A stretch of 64,000 nucleotides of DNA from an uncultured Planctomycetota bacterium (GTDB lineage: Bacteria > Planctomycetota > Planctomycetia > Isosphaerales > Isosphaeraceae), in assembly GCA_963823665.1 (NCBI GenBank), contig CAWGMQ010000010.1, forward strand, positions 1,760,001 through 1,824,000, given 5' to 3'. Below, one piece after another: positions 23,462 through 34,200 of this stretch. A program made the position numbers and the translations under genes. The notes under the pieces were generated by a model. It was not told where the DNA came from. It worked only from the letters and a program-made list of their open reading frames with translations, and did no database searches. Within the stretch, counting starts at the first letter, position 1, and the number at the start of each line of letters is the position of its first letter.

Positions 23462-26400
23462 ATGGGCGAACGATCGATTTTCATCGCGGCGCTGGAAAAG
23501 GACGATGCCGCCGAGCGCGCCGCCTATCTCGACCAGGCGTGCGCCGGTGATGAGCTCTTCGCGCACGGATCGAACGGTTGCTCAAGGCACACGAGCCCGC
23601 CGACAGTTTCCTCGAGCGAGGTCCCACAGTCCTGGATGCGACCGACAATCTCGATCCGATCGCGGAACCCCTCGGCACGGTCATTGGCCCGTACAAGCTT
23701 ATTGAGCCGATCGGCGAGGGGGGCATGGGCAGCGTCTGGATGGCACAGCAGACCGAGCCGATCAAACGCTTGGTCGCCGTCAAATTGATCAGGGCCGGCA
23801 TGGACTCCCGCCAGGTCATCGCCCGCTTCGAGGCCGAGCGGCAGGCGCTGGCCCTGATGGACCACCCCAACATCGCCCGCGTCCTGGACGCCGGCACCAC
23901 AAGCGCTGGCCGGCCGTACTTCGTCATGGATCTCGTCAAGGGAGTGCCCATCACGCGCTACTGCGACGAGCACCACCTCACGCCGCGGCAGCGGCTGGAA
24001 CTCTTCATCCCCGTCTGCCAGGCCGTCCAGCACGCTCATCAGAAGGGCATCATCCACCGTGACTTGAAGCCCTCCAACGTGCTGGTCGCGCAATACGACG
24101 GCAAGCCGGTGCCGAAGATCATCGACTTCGGCGTGGCCAAGGCTGCCGGGCAACAGTTGACCGAGAAGACGCTCGTCACCGGCTTCGGCGCGATCGTGGG
24201 CACGCTGGAATACATGTCGCCCGAGCAGGCGGAGTTGAACCAGCTCGACATCGACACGCGCAGCGACATCTACTCGCTGGGCGTGCTGCTCTACGAGTTG
24301 CTTACCGGCAGCCCGCCGTTTTCCCGCAAGGAGTTGACGCAGGCCGGCATGCTGGAGATGCTCCGCGTGATCCGCGAGCAGGAGCCATCGAAACCGAGCA
24401 CGAAGCTGAGCACGGCCGAAGGTTTGCCCACATTGGCCGCCAACCGCGGGACAGAGCCGGCCAAGCTGACAAAGCTGGTGCGTGGCGAACTGGATTGGAT
24501 CGTGATGAAGGCGCTGGAGAAAGACCGCAACCGCCGCTACGAGACGGCCAACGGCTTCGCCATCGACGTGCAGCGTTTCCTCTCGGGCGAGCCCGTGCTG
24601 GCGGTGCCGGCGACCACGCTGTACCGGCTGCGGAAGTTTGTAAAGCGGCACAGGGGGCCGGTGGCGGCGGTGGGGCTGGTCCTGCTCACGCTGGTCGGCG
24701 GCATAGCCGGGACGACGTCGGGTCTGCTGCGGGCCGCGGCGAAGAATCGAGAAGCCGTGGCCCAACGCGATGCCAAGGATAGGGCGCTGATAAGCGAGCA
24801 ACAGGCCCGCGCTGACGAAACGAAGGCCCGCCAGCAAGCGTTCGCCGCCTTGCGGAGCATGACCACCGACGTGGTCGAGAGGAAGTTCGCCCAGGGGACT
24901 GCGCTCACGGCGGACGATCGGGCGTTCCTCCGCGGTGTCATCGCACAGTTCGATGCCTTTGCGGCGATCAAGGGAAACGACGCCGGCAGCCGGTTTGTGC
25001 GGGCCGACGGACGATCGCGGGTCGGCAACATTCGTCGCAGACTAGGTGAGCTCAAGGAGGCGGAGCAGGACTTAGGCCAGGCTATGAGCATGTACAAGGA
25101 ACTGGCGGCCGACTTCCCTGGTCGACCCGACTTCCGCAAGGAACTGGCCGCAACTCACCGCCTCCGGGGCCTTCTGTTGGTTCAGTTGGGCCGGCTCAGA
25201 GAGGCGGAGCCGGACATCAACCAGGCCGTGACGCTCAACGAGCAACTGGCGGCGGACTTCGCCTCACAAGCCGACGACAGCCAGGAGCTGGCCAGAAGCT
25301 TTAACAACCGAGGCCTTCTGCGGCAGGAGACAGGCCGGCCGAAAGAGGCCGAGCAGGACTTCGAACAGGTCCTGCGCATCTACACGCAACTGGGGGCCGA
25401 CTTCCTTGGTCGACCCGACTTCCGCAAGGATCTGGCCCGTGGTCAGCATAACCTGGCTTTCCTGCTGAGCATCACGGGCCGGCTGCCTGAGGCGTTAACG
25501 GCCTTCGACCAGGCCCTGGGCGTCCAGAAGCAACTGGCGGCGGAGTTTCCGTCCCAACCCGAGTTCCGCAATGAGGCAGCCGTAACTCACATCGACCGGG
25601 GCACGCTGCTGGTGAACATGGGCCGGCCCAAGGAGGCGGAAGAGGACTGCGACCAGGCCGTGCGTATCTACACGCAACTGGCGGCTGACTTCCCCTCGGC
25701 ACCCGAATTCCGCACGAGGCTGGCCACAGGTCACCACAACCGGGGAAATGTGCGGCTCGCCACGGGCCGGCTGCCTCTGGCAGAGAAGGACTTCGATCAG
25801 GCCCTGAGTATCAACAAGCAACTCGCGGCCGACTTCCCCTCCCAAACTGCGTTCCGCCACGACCTGGCCTCCAGCCGCAGTGCCCGCGGCAGTCTGCTGT
25901 TGGAAATGGGCCGGCTCAAGGAGGCAGAGCAGGAATATGACCAAACCTTGAGCGTCCGGAAGCAACTGGTAGCCGAGTCCCCCAGCCAGCCGGACCTGCG
26001 GAAGGAACTGGGGGGCACCTTCGACAACCTGGCGCTTGTCTATCTGCGCCAAGGATACTTTGCTGCGGCCAAACCCCTGCTCCTGGAGGGCCTGCCGCAC
26101 CATCTGGCCGCCCTGAAGGTCAACCCCCGGCATCCTCAATATCGCCTGACCTACCGCAAGCATCTGAGCCTGCTGCCAGAGGTTCACGCGGAGCTGCTGG
26201 AGCAGGAAGATGCCGTGCACGCCGCTCTTGCCGTGGGGGACCTGGGTTATGACCCGCCCGCGGATGCCTACGACGCGGCGTGTCTTCTGAGCCGGTGCGT
26301 CCGGAGGGTATCGAAGCACGACAAGTTGGACGACAAAGAGCGCCAGCAGGCGGCGCAGTTCTACGGCGACGAGGCGATGAAGCTCCTCCGCGCAGCGGTG

Positions 26401-26541
26401 AGCAAGGGCTTCAAAAACGTGGCGCACATGAAAAAAGACACCGATCTCGATCCCTTGCGCAAGCGGGACGATTTCCAGAAGCTCGTCGCGGAGCTGGAGG
26501 CCGCGGCCGTCCCAGAAAAAGATAAAAGCATAGAAGAATAA
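23462..26541 (+). CDS. Ser/Thr kinase - TM - 48-aa TPR-like repeat protein (frameshift near 23560)
   Basis: Full kinase motifs; TM; repeats [17 protein letters not shown]; C-terminal [16 protein letters not shown]. Confidence 0.92.
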
Positions 26542-26554
26542 TCGACCGATTTTC

Positions 26555-26582
26555 TTGCGCGATTTCCGCGCCGATGGCGCAT
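26555..26582 (+). promoter_or_regulatory. Putative ECF promoter TTGCGC-N17-CGCAT
   Basis: Homologous to 23387..23414 but with no sigma gene upstream. Confidence 0.7.
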
Positions 26583-26628
26583 CCTGAATTGGAGTGGAAG
26601 AGGCGATCTCGAAGCGAGTGAAAACGCC

Positions 26629-29600
26629 ATGAGCGAACGAACGATTTTCATCGCGGCGCTGGAAAACGACGATGCCAACGAGCGGGCCGCCTATCTCGAC
26701 CAGGCGTGCGCCGGTGATGAGCTCTTGCGCGAACGGATCGAACGGTTGCTCAAGGCACACGAGCCGGCCGACAACTTCCTCGAGCGTGCGTCCCGCAGTC
26801 CTCGATGCTACCGACAATTTTGAGCCAATCGCCGAATCTGCCGGCACGGTGATCGGCCCGTACAAGCTCATTGAGCCGATCGGCGAGGGCGGCATGGGCA
26901 GCGTCTGGATGGCACAGCAGACCGAGCCGGTCAAGCGCCTGGTCGCCGTCAAGTTGATCAAGGCCGGCATGGACTCCCGGCAGGTCATCGCCCGCTTCGA
27001 GGCCGAGCGGCAGGCGCTGGCCCTGATGGACCACCCGAACATCGCCCACGTGCTCGATGCCGGCACCACCAGCGGTGGCCGGCCGTACTTCGTCATGGAT
27101 CTGGTCAAGGGGATGCCCATCACCCGCTACTGCGACGAGCACCAGCTCACGCCGCGGCAGCGGCTGGAACTGTTCATTCCGGTCTGCCAGGCGGTCCAGC
27201 ACGCGCATCAGAAGGGCATCATCCACCGCGACTTCAAGCCCTCCAACGTGCTGGTCGCCCTCTACGACGGCAAGCCGGTGCCCAAGGTCATCGACTTCGG
27301 CGTGGCCAAGGCGACCGGGCAACAGCTGACCGACAAGACGCTGGTCACCGGCTTCGGGGCGATCGTCGGCACGCTGGAATACATGTCGCCCGAGCAGGCG
27401 GAGGTCAACCAGCTCGACATCGACACCCGCAGCGACATCTACTCGCTGGGCGTGCTGCTCTACGAGTTGCTGACCGGCAGCCCGCCGTTCTGCCGCAAGG
27501 AGCTGGACAAGGCCGGCATGCTGGAGATGCTGCGCGTGATCCGCGAGCAGGAGCCATCGAAACCGAGCACGAAGCTGAGCACGGCCGACGGCTTGCCGAC
27601 GCTGGCCGCCAACCGCGGGACGGAGCCGGCAAAGCTGACCAAGCTGGTCCGGGGCGAACTCGACTGGATCGTGATGAAGGCGCTGGAGAAGGACCGCGGC
27701 CGGCGTTACGAGACGGCCAACGGCTTCGCGATGGACGTGCAGCGCTACCTGGCGGGCGAGCCGGTGCTGGCGGCGCCGGCGACCGGCTGTACCGGCTGCG
27801 GAAATTTGTAAAGCGGCATCGGGGGCCGGTCGCGGCGGCGGGGCTGGTCCTGCTGACGTTGGTCGGCGGCATCGCCGGGACGACGTGGGGCCTGCTGGCG
27901 GCCGCGTGCCGAGGCGAAGAATCGAGAAGCCGTGGCCGAGCGCGATGCCAAGGATCGGGCCCTGAAAAGCGGAACAACAGGCCCGCGCAGACGAAACGAA
28001 GGCCCGGCAGCAAGCGTTCGCCGCCTTGCGGAGCATGACCACCGACGTGGTCGAGACGGAAGTTCGCCCAGGGGACGGTGCTGACGGAGGACGACCGGGC
28101 GTTCCTGCGCGGCGTCATCGCGCAGTTCGATGCCTTTGCGGCGATCAAGGGAAACGACGCCGACAGCCGGGCGATGCGGGCGGAGGGACGATTCCGAGTC
28201 GGCACCATGCGTCACAGGCTGGGTGAACTCCAGGAGGCGGAGCAGGACTACGACCAGGCCCTCATCATCCAGAAGCAACTGGCGGCCGACTTCCCCTCCC
28301 GCCCCGAGTTCCGCGAGGGCCTGGCCAATGGCCACAACAACCGGGGCATTCTGCTGCGGAAGACGGGCCGGCTCAAGGAGGCGGAGCAGGACTACGACCA
28401 GGCCCTGAGCATCAAGAAGCAACTGGCGGCCGACTTCCCCGCCCGACCCGAGTTCCGCCAGGAGCTGGCCAAAAGCCACAACAACCGAGGCACTCTGCTG
28501 CAGAAAACGGGCCGGCCCAAGGAAGCGGAGCAGGACTACGACCAGGCCCTGAGCATCCAGCAAGCAACTGGCGGCCGACTTCCCCTCCCGACCCGAGTTC
28601 CGCCAGGAGCTGGCCAGAAGCCACAACAACCGGGGCAATCTGCTGCGCGACACGGGCCGGCCCAAGGAGGCGGAGCAGGACTACGACCAGGCCCTCTTCA
28701 TCCAGAAGCAACTGGCGGCCGACTTCCCTGCCCGACCCGAGTTCCGCCAGGAGCTGGCCAGAAGCCACTTCAACCGGGGCGGTCTTCTGCGTGAGACGGG
28801 CCGGCTCCAGGAGGCGGAGAAGGACTACGACCAGGCCCTGAGCGTCCAGAAGCAACTGGCGGCCGACTTCCCCGCCCGACCCGAGTTTCGCCAGGAACTG
28901 GCCAGAAGCCACAACAGCCGAGGCAATCTGCTGCGTGACACGGGCCGGCTGACAGAGGCGGAGCAGGACTACGACCAGGCCCTGAACATCAAGAAGCAAC
29001 TGGCGGCCGACTTCCCCGCCCGACCCGAGTTCCGCCAGGACCTGGCCAGAAGCCACAACAGCCGAGGCAATCTGCTGCGTGACACGGGCCGGCCCAAGGA
29101 GGCGGAGCAGGACTACGGCCAGGCCGTATGCCTCTACAAGCAGCTAGTGGCCGACTTCCCCTCCCGGCCCGAGTTCCGCCAGGACCTGGCCAGAAGCCAC
29201 AACAGCCGGGGCAATCTACTGGCTACCACGGGCCGGCCCAAGGAGGCGGAGACAGGACTTCGACCAGGCACTGAGCCTCGACCAGCAATTGGCGGCCGAC
29301 TTCCCCAACCAGCCGGACCTGCGGAACGACCTGGCGGGCACCTGCGTGAACCTGGCGCATCTCCATCAACTCGAGGGGCAACTGGGCTGCCGCCAAACGG
29401 CTGCTCCTGGAAGGCCGGCCGCACCACCTGGCCGCCCTGAAGGCCAACCCCCGCCACCCGGCCTATCGCCAGTTCTATCGCACCCATCTCGGCCTGCTGA
29501 CCGAGGTCCACGCGGGGCTGCTGGAGCAGGAGGACGCTGTCCGCACCGCCGAAACGTGTCGGGACCTGGGCTGGAACGCGCCGGCGGATGCCTACGACGC

Positions 29601-29859
29601 GGCGTGCATGCTGAGCCAGTGCGTCCCCATCGTGGCCAAGCACGACAAGCTGGACGACCAGCAGCGGAAGCCAGCGGCGCAGTTCTATGGCGACGCGGCG
29701 ACGAAGATGCTCCGCGATGCAGTGAGCAAGGGCTACAAGGACTTGGCGCACATGAAGAAAGACACCGATCTCGATCCCTTGCGCCAGCGGGACGATTACC
29801 GGAAGCTCGTCGCCGAACTGCAGACCGCGGCCGTCCCAGAAAAAGTTAATAGCAGATAG
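26629..29859 (+). CDS. Tandem paralog of the kinase - TM - 48-aa TPR-like protein (multiple frameshifts)
   Basis: ORF pieces 26629, 26672, 28078, 29147, 29289 and 29608 are collinear with 23462..26541. Confidence 0.82.
28200..29330 (+). repeat. Near-identical 144-bp (48-aa) tandem repeats, about 8 units
   Basis: CCGACTTCCC at 28286, 28430, 28575, 28719, 28863, 29007, 29151 and near 29296. Confidence 0.9.
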
Positions 29860-29863
29860 GTGA

Positions 29864-29906
29864 CACGCCCGCGCCTGGCTGCGTGACGCAGCTTTCTGCC
29901 AGCTAG
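29864..29906 (+). pseudogene. Orphan 3' tail of a sigma gene of the 22808..23365 type
   Basis: HARAWLRDA followed by AGCTAGAAATTAGCCAACGGATTT, matching 23324-23385. Confidence 0.75.
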
Positions 29907-29926
29907 AAATTAGCCAACGGATTTCT

Positions 29927-29954
29927 TGGCGCGAATTCCACGCCGACGGCGCAT
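29927..29954 (+). promoter_or_regulatory. Putative ECF promoter TGGCGC-N17-CGCAT
   Basis: Repeated motif upstream of a structured leader. Confidence 0.75.
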
Positions 29955-30005
29955 GCTGTCTTGGAGTCGCAGCGGCGATCTCCAGGCGAGATAGAGGCAA
30001 GCCGT

Positions 30006-30164
30006 TCATCACCGAACTGACTACACCCAAAGCGAAGCGGCCGGCGGGGTCCTTACCGCCAAGCAAGCCCCCGCCGGCCCGGCAACGCTCCAGCGATCGG
30101 TCTGCGCGCTGGGACGATGTCTATTGCATTGTATCGCAGACCAGCTCCCGAAAGGAGAAACATC
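30006..30164 (+). ncRNA. Structured leader element, copy 2
   Basis: Same boxes and hairpins as 8211..8369; CTCC-CGAAA-GGAG over the SD. Confidence 0.6.
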
Positions 30165-30793
30165 ATGTTGTCCTCTTCCTGGCTGCGAAACTCGAAAAGC
30201 TCCGCACCCGTGGCGGCCCGGCGCACACCAACATCCCCTCGCCGGCGAACCAGTGTCCGCCCGCGACTGGAAGCGATCGAAGATCGCTGTTTGATGTCGA
30301 CGGCCGTCGTGCAAACCAACCTCGTGTCTGACGACACCCAATTCACTTCGGCCCAGATTCAGGACCCGAACCTGGTCAATCCCTGGGGGCTGGCCGTCGG
30401 TCCAACCGGCGCGTGGTGCGTCGCCAACGAGGGAACGGGCACCAGTACGCTCTACAACACCTCGAAAATCAGCCGTGGGCAGTAGCGATGGCCCCCTCGA
30501 ACTTTGGCAGCTTCAGCCACGATCTGCTGGTCGGCAATTTCGGCGACGGCACGATCAACGCCTTCAATCCCAAGAACGGCCATTTCGCCGGTGAGCTCAA
30601 GAACTCGAGCGGCCAACCGATCGCCATCACGCACCTGTGGGGGCTGGTGTTCGGCAATGGCGGCGCCGCCGGCCCCAAGAACACGCTGTACTTCACGGCC
30701 GGCCTGACCTCGCACCTGGCCCCCAGCGACAACCCTTTCCACGGCCTGTTTGGCTCCCTGCGAATGGCGCGGCACCGGCCAGGCGGGCGCTGA
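30165..30793 (+). pseudogene. TIGR03118-like gene with an internal deletion of ~540 bp
   Basis: N-terminal part (VQTNLVSD..NPWGLA..GTSTLYNT) joined near 30465 to the C-terminal part (QPWAVAMAPSNFG..) of the 43676..44875 homolog, out of frame. Confidence 0.8.
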
Positions 30794-30914
30794 CGGTCAA
30801 CGGGAGCGTGGCCGTCCCCGTGAGAAAGTCGGTGTCAGATCATGAGTTTGAGAAAGGATGAACTGACACCGAGTTGCTGCGATCGGCGCGGATTCCGAAA
30901 AAAAAGCTCTCTGC

Positions 30915-30942
30915 TGGCGCGATTCTGGTCTGGACGGCGCAT
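30915..30942 (+). promoter_or_regulatory. Putative ECF promoter TGGCGC-N17-CGCAT upstream of giant secreted protein 2
   Basis: Both boxes and the spacer length are kept although the spacer sequence differs; A-tract upstream. Confidence 0.75.
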
Positions 30943-31018
30943 TAAGGGGTGACGTAAGCGGCCGACCATCGTCTCAGGCCGATCCGCGATACCTAAGCAC
31001 GTTCGATCTCACGAATGG

Positions 31019-31103
31019 CCGACAGAGGTGATCACCGGACTGTAAGCAAGCTTACTCAGTCGCGCGTTGGCGGTGATCAAGGCCACGGCCGGTCCATTGT
31101 CGG
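31019..31103 (+). ncRNA. Putative structured RNA in the 5' leader of giant gene 2
   Basis: CCGACA/TGTCGG outer stem; TGATCACCG 31029-37 / CGGTGATCA 31071-79; inner GACTG-TAAG..CTTA-CT-CAGTC; bulged GCGCGTTGG. Confidence 0.5.
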
Positions 31104-31203
31104 AGCCGGGGACATCGAGAGTGCCGCGCCCGCGTCTCGGGAATCGCACCGCTTCGCATCACACCGTATCGCAGGGCATTTCACTCGAGAGAGGAGACGA
31201 GCC

Positions 31204-34200
31204 ATGGTCAGCCGTCACAGACTTCCAGAGCGGTTCGCGTTCGACTCCCGCGCGGTTCCGCATCGCCGCCTCCGCCGCCGCCCGGTCCTGGAGCTCCTCG
31301 AGGGCCGCGCCCTTCTGGCCACGTTCACGGTCACCAACGCGGGGGATGTGGGGATCGGTTCCAACGACGCGGGCGACTTGCGGTACTGCATCAACGAGGC
31401 CAACGCCGATAACCAGGCAAACACGATCGTCTTCGATTCGACGGCGTTCGCCACGCCCCAGACGATCACGCTGGCCGGCAGCCAGCTCGAGCTGGAAGAC
31501 ACCGGGGGGACGCAGACGATTACCGGGCCGGCGGCGGGTGTGACGATCAGCGGCGGCGGACAGAGCCGGGTGTTCCAGATCGACGGCGGTGTGACCGCCT
31601 CGATCTCCGGCCTGACCATCTCAGGCGGCTCGACCTCGGGCGAAAATGGCGGCGGTCTGGCGAACTACGGCACGGCGACGCTCACCGGCTGCACCTTGAG
31701 CGGCAACTCCGCCGCCCTCACTTACTACAACGGCTACTTCAGCGGCGGCGACGGTGGCGGCGTGGTCAATGGCCAAGCGGCGCCGAACTTCGGGAACGGC
31801 TATGGCGCGGCCAGCTTGACCATGACCGACTGCACCTTGAGCGGCAACTCTGCCGCAGAGGGTGGCGGCGTGTCCAATTCCGCCACGGCCTACCTGGCCT
31901 TGACCGACTGCACCTTGAGCGGCAACTCCGCCGCCGAGGGCGGCGGCGTATCCAGTTCCGCCACGGCCTACCTGGCCTTGACCGCCTGCACCGTGAGCGG
32001 CAACTCCGCCGCCGAGGACGGCGGCCTTGCAGACTATGACGGCACGGCATACCTGACCGACACCATTGTCGCAGGCAACACCGGTTACTCGGGCGCCAGC
32101 GATATCGGCGCTGACTCCAGCGGCTCGGGCAGCAACAACCTGTTCGGCACCGGCGGCTCGGGCGGTCTCACCAATGGGTCCGACGGCAACATCGTCTTGA
32201 CCAGCCTCACCGACCTGGGCCTGGCCCCGCTGGGCAATTACGGCGGTCCGACCCAGACCATCGCCCTGCTCCCGGGCAGCCCCGCGATAGGGGCGGGCAG
32301 CGCCGTCACTGGCGTCACCACCGACCAGCGCGGCCTTCCGCTCGACTCGCCAAACCCCGACATCGGCGCCTACCAATTCCAGCCAACAGCGTACTCGTTA
32401 ATAGTGACGACCCAGCCGCCTGGAAGCGTCACTGCCGGAACTGGCTTCGGGCTGACAATCACGGCCGAGGACAGCTCGGGCAACGTGGATACCTCGTTCG
32501 ACGGCACCGTCACCCTGGCCCTGGATAGCAGCCCCACCGGTTCCGTCCTGGGAGGGACGTTGACCGTGACGGCCCAATCCGGCGTAGCCTCATTCTCGGA
32601 CCTCACGCTCAACAAGGTAGGCACCGACTGCACGCTCTTGGTGTTCAGCAACGGCGAGCCACAGGCGGACACGGATGCCTTCAACGTGACGGCGGCCGCG
32701 GCGACGCAGCTTGTGGTGACCACGCAGCCGCCCAGCGCCGTCACGACCGGCATGGCGTTCGGGCTGACAGTCACGGCCGACGACAGCTCGGGCAACGTGG
32801 ATCCCACTTTCAACGGCAGCGTGACCGTCGCCCTCCTCGACAACCCCGGCGGCGCCACGCTCGGCGGCTCGCTGAGCGTGGCGGCCCAGAGCGGCGTGGC
32901 CACGTTCTCGGGACTGTCTCTCGACGACGCCGGCGCCGGCTATACCCTTCAGGTGTCGTCCCCCGGCCTGACCACGGCGACCACGGGCGCTTTCACGGTC
33001 TACGACCCAACGATCTACACGGTCGACCTCACCAGCGCCGACGGCACGGGTTCGGGAAACGCGGGCGATCTGGTCTACGTCGTCGGCCTGGCCAACGCGA
33101 ACATGAATCCTGGCGGCAGCGAGATCGAGTTCGATCCATCGGTCTTTTCCACGCCGCAGACGATCGAGCTGGGTGCAACACTGGGGCTGACCGAGACGGC
33201 CGGCCCGGAAGTGATCGACGCGCCCGGCGCCGGACTCGTGACGGTCAGCGGCGGCGGGACGGTCGGCGTGTTCGAGGTCGACAGCGGTGTCACTGCGACA
33301 ATCTCGGGCCTGACGATCAGCGACGGCTCCACGAACAGCGACGGCGGCGGACTGGAGAACTACGGCACGGCGACGCTTACCGACTGCACCCTGAGCGGCA
33401 ACTCCGGCGGCGGCGGGGGCGCTGTATTCAATGGCCAAACGTCGCCGAACTCCCACGGGAAAAGCTACGGCGCGGCCGACCTGACCATGATCGACTGCAC
33501 CTTGAGCGGCAACTCCGTCGCCGGAATCTACACCGGCGGTGGCGGCGTGTTCAATTCCGGCACGGCCACCCTGACCGACTGCACCTTGAGCGGCAACTCC
33601 GCATCCGGCGTCTACGGCGGCGGTGGGGTGTCCAATTCCGGCACGATCACCCTGACCGAGTGTACCTTGAGCGGCAACTCCGCCGGCGACGGCGGCGGCG
33701 GCGTGTTCAATTCCGGCACGGCCACCCTGACCGACTGCACCTTGAGCGGCAACTCCGGCGGCTCCCGCGGCGGCGGCGGCGTTTGGAATAACGGCATGGC
33801 CTACCTCACCGGCTGCACCTTGAGCGACAACTCCGGCGACTCCCGCGGCGGCGGCGGAGTTTTCAATATCGGCACGGCCAACCTGACCGACTGCACTTTG
33901 AGCGCCAACGTCACCTCCGGCTACGGCGGCGGATTTGCAAACTATGACGGCACGGCGGCTCTGACCGACTGCACCTTGAGCGGCAACTCTGCCTCCGTCG
34001 GCGGCGGCCTCTACAACAGCAGCGGCGTGTATCACCAAGCCACGGTCGCCCTGACCGACACTATTGTCGCCGGCAACACCAGTCCCTCTGCCGCCAGTGA
34101 CATCGGCGGTCCCGTCAGCGTCTCGGGCAGCGACAACCTGGTCGGGACCGGCGGCTCGGGCGGTCTCACCAATGGGTCCGACGGCAATATCGTCTTGACC

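Noticed and set aside
28200..29330. Diversity-generating retroelement
   Set aside because: No reverse transcriptase or non-coding template repeat in the window; the variation also includes changes not clearly at adenines.
31015..31203. Upstream ORF extensions as true starts (also 2781, 30117, 43628, 53615, 60612)
   Set aside because: SD-like sequences and paralog alignment favour ATGs at 31204, 2934, 30165, 43676, 53765 and 60660.
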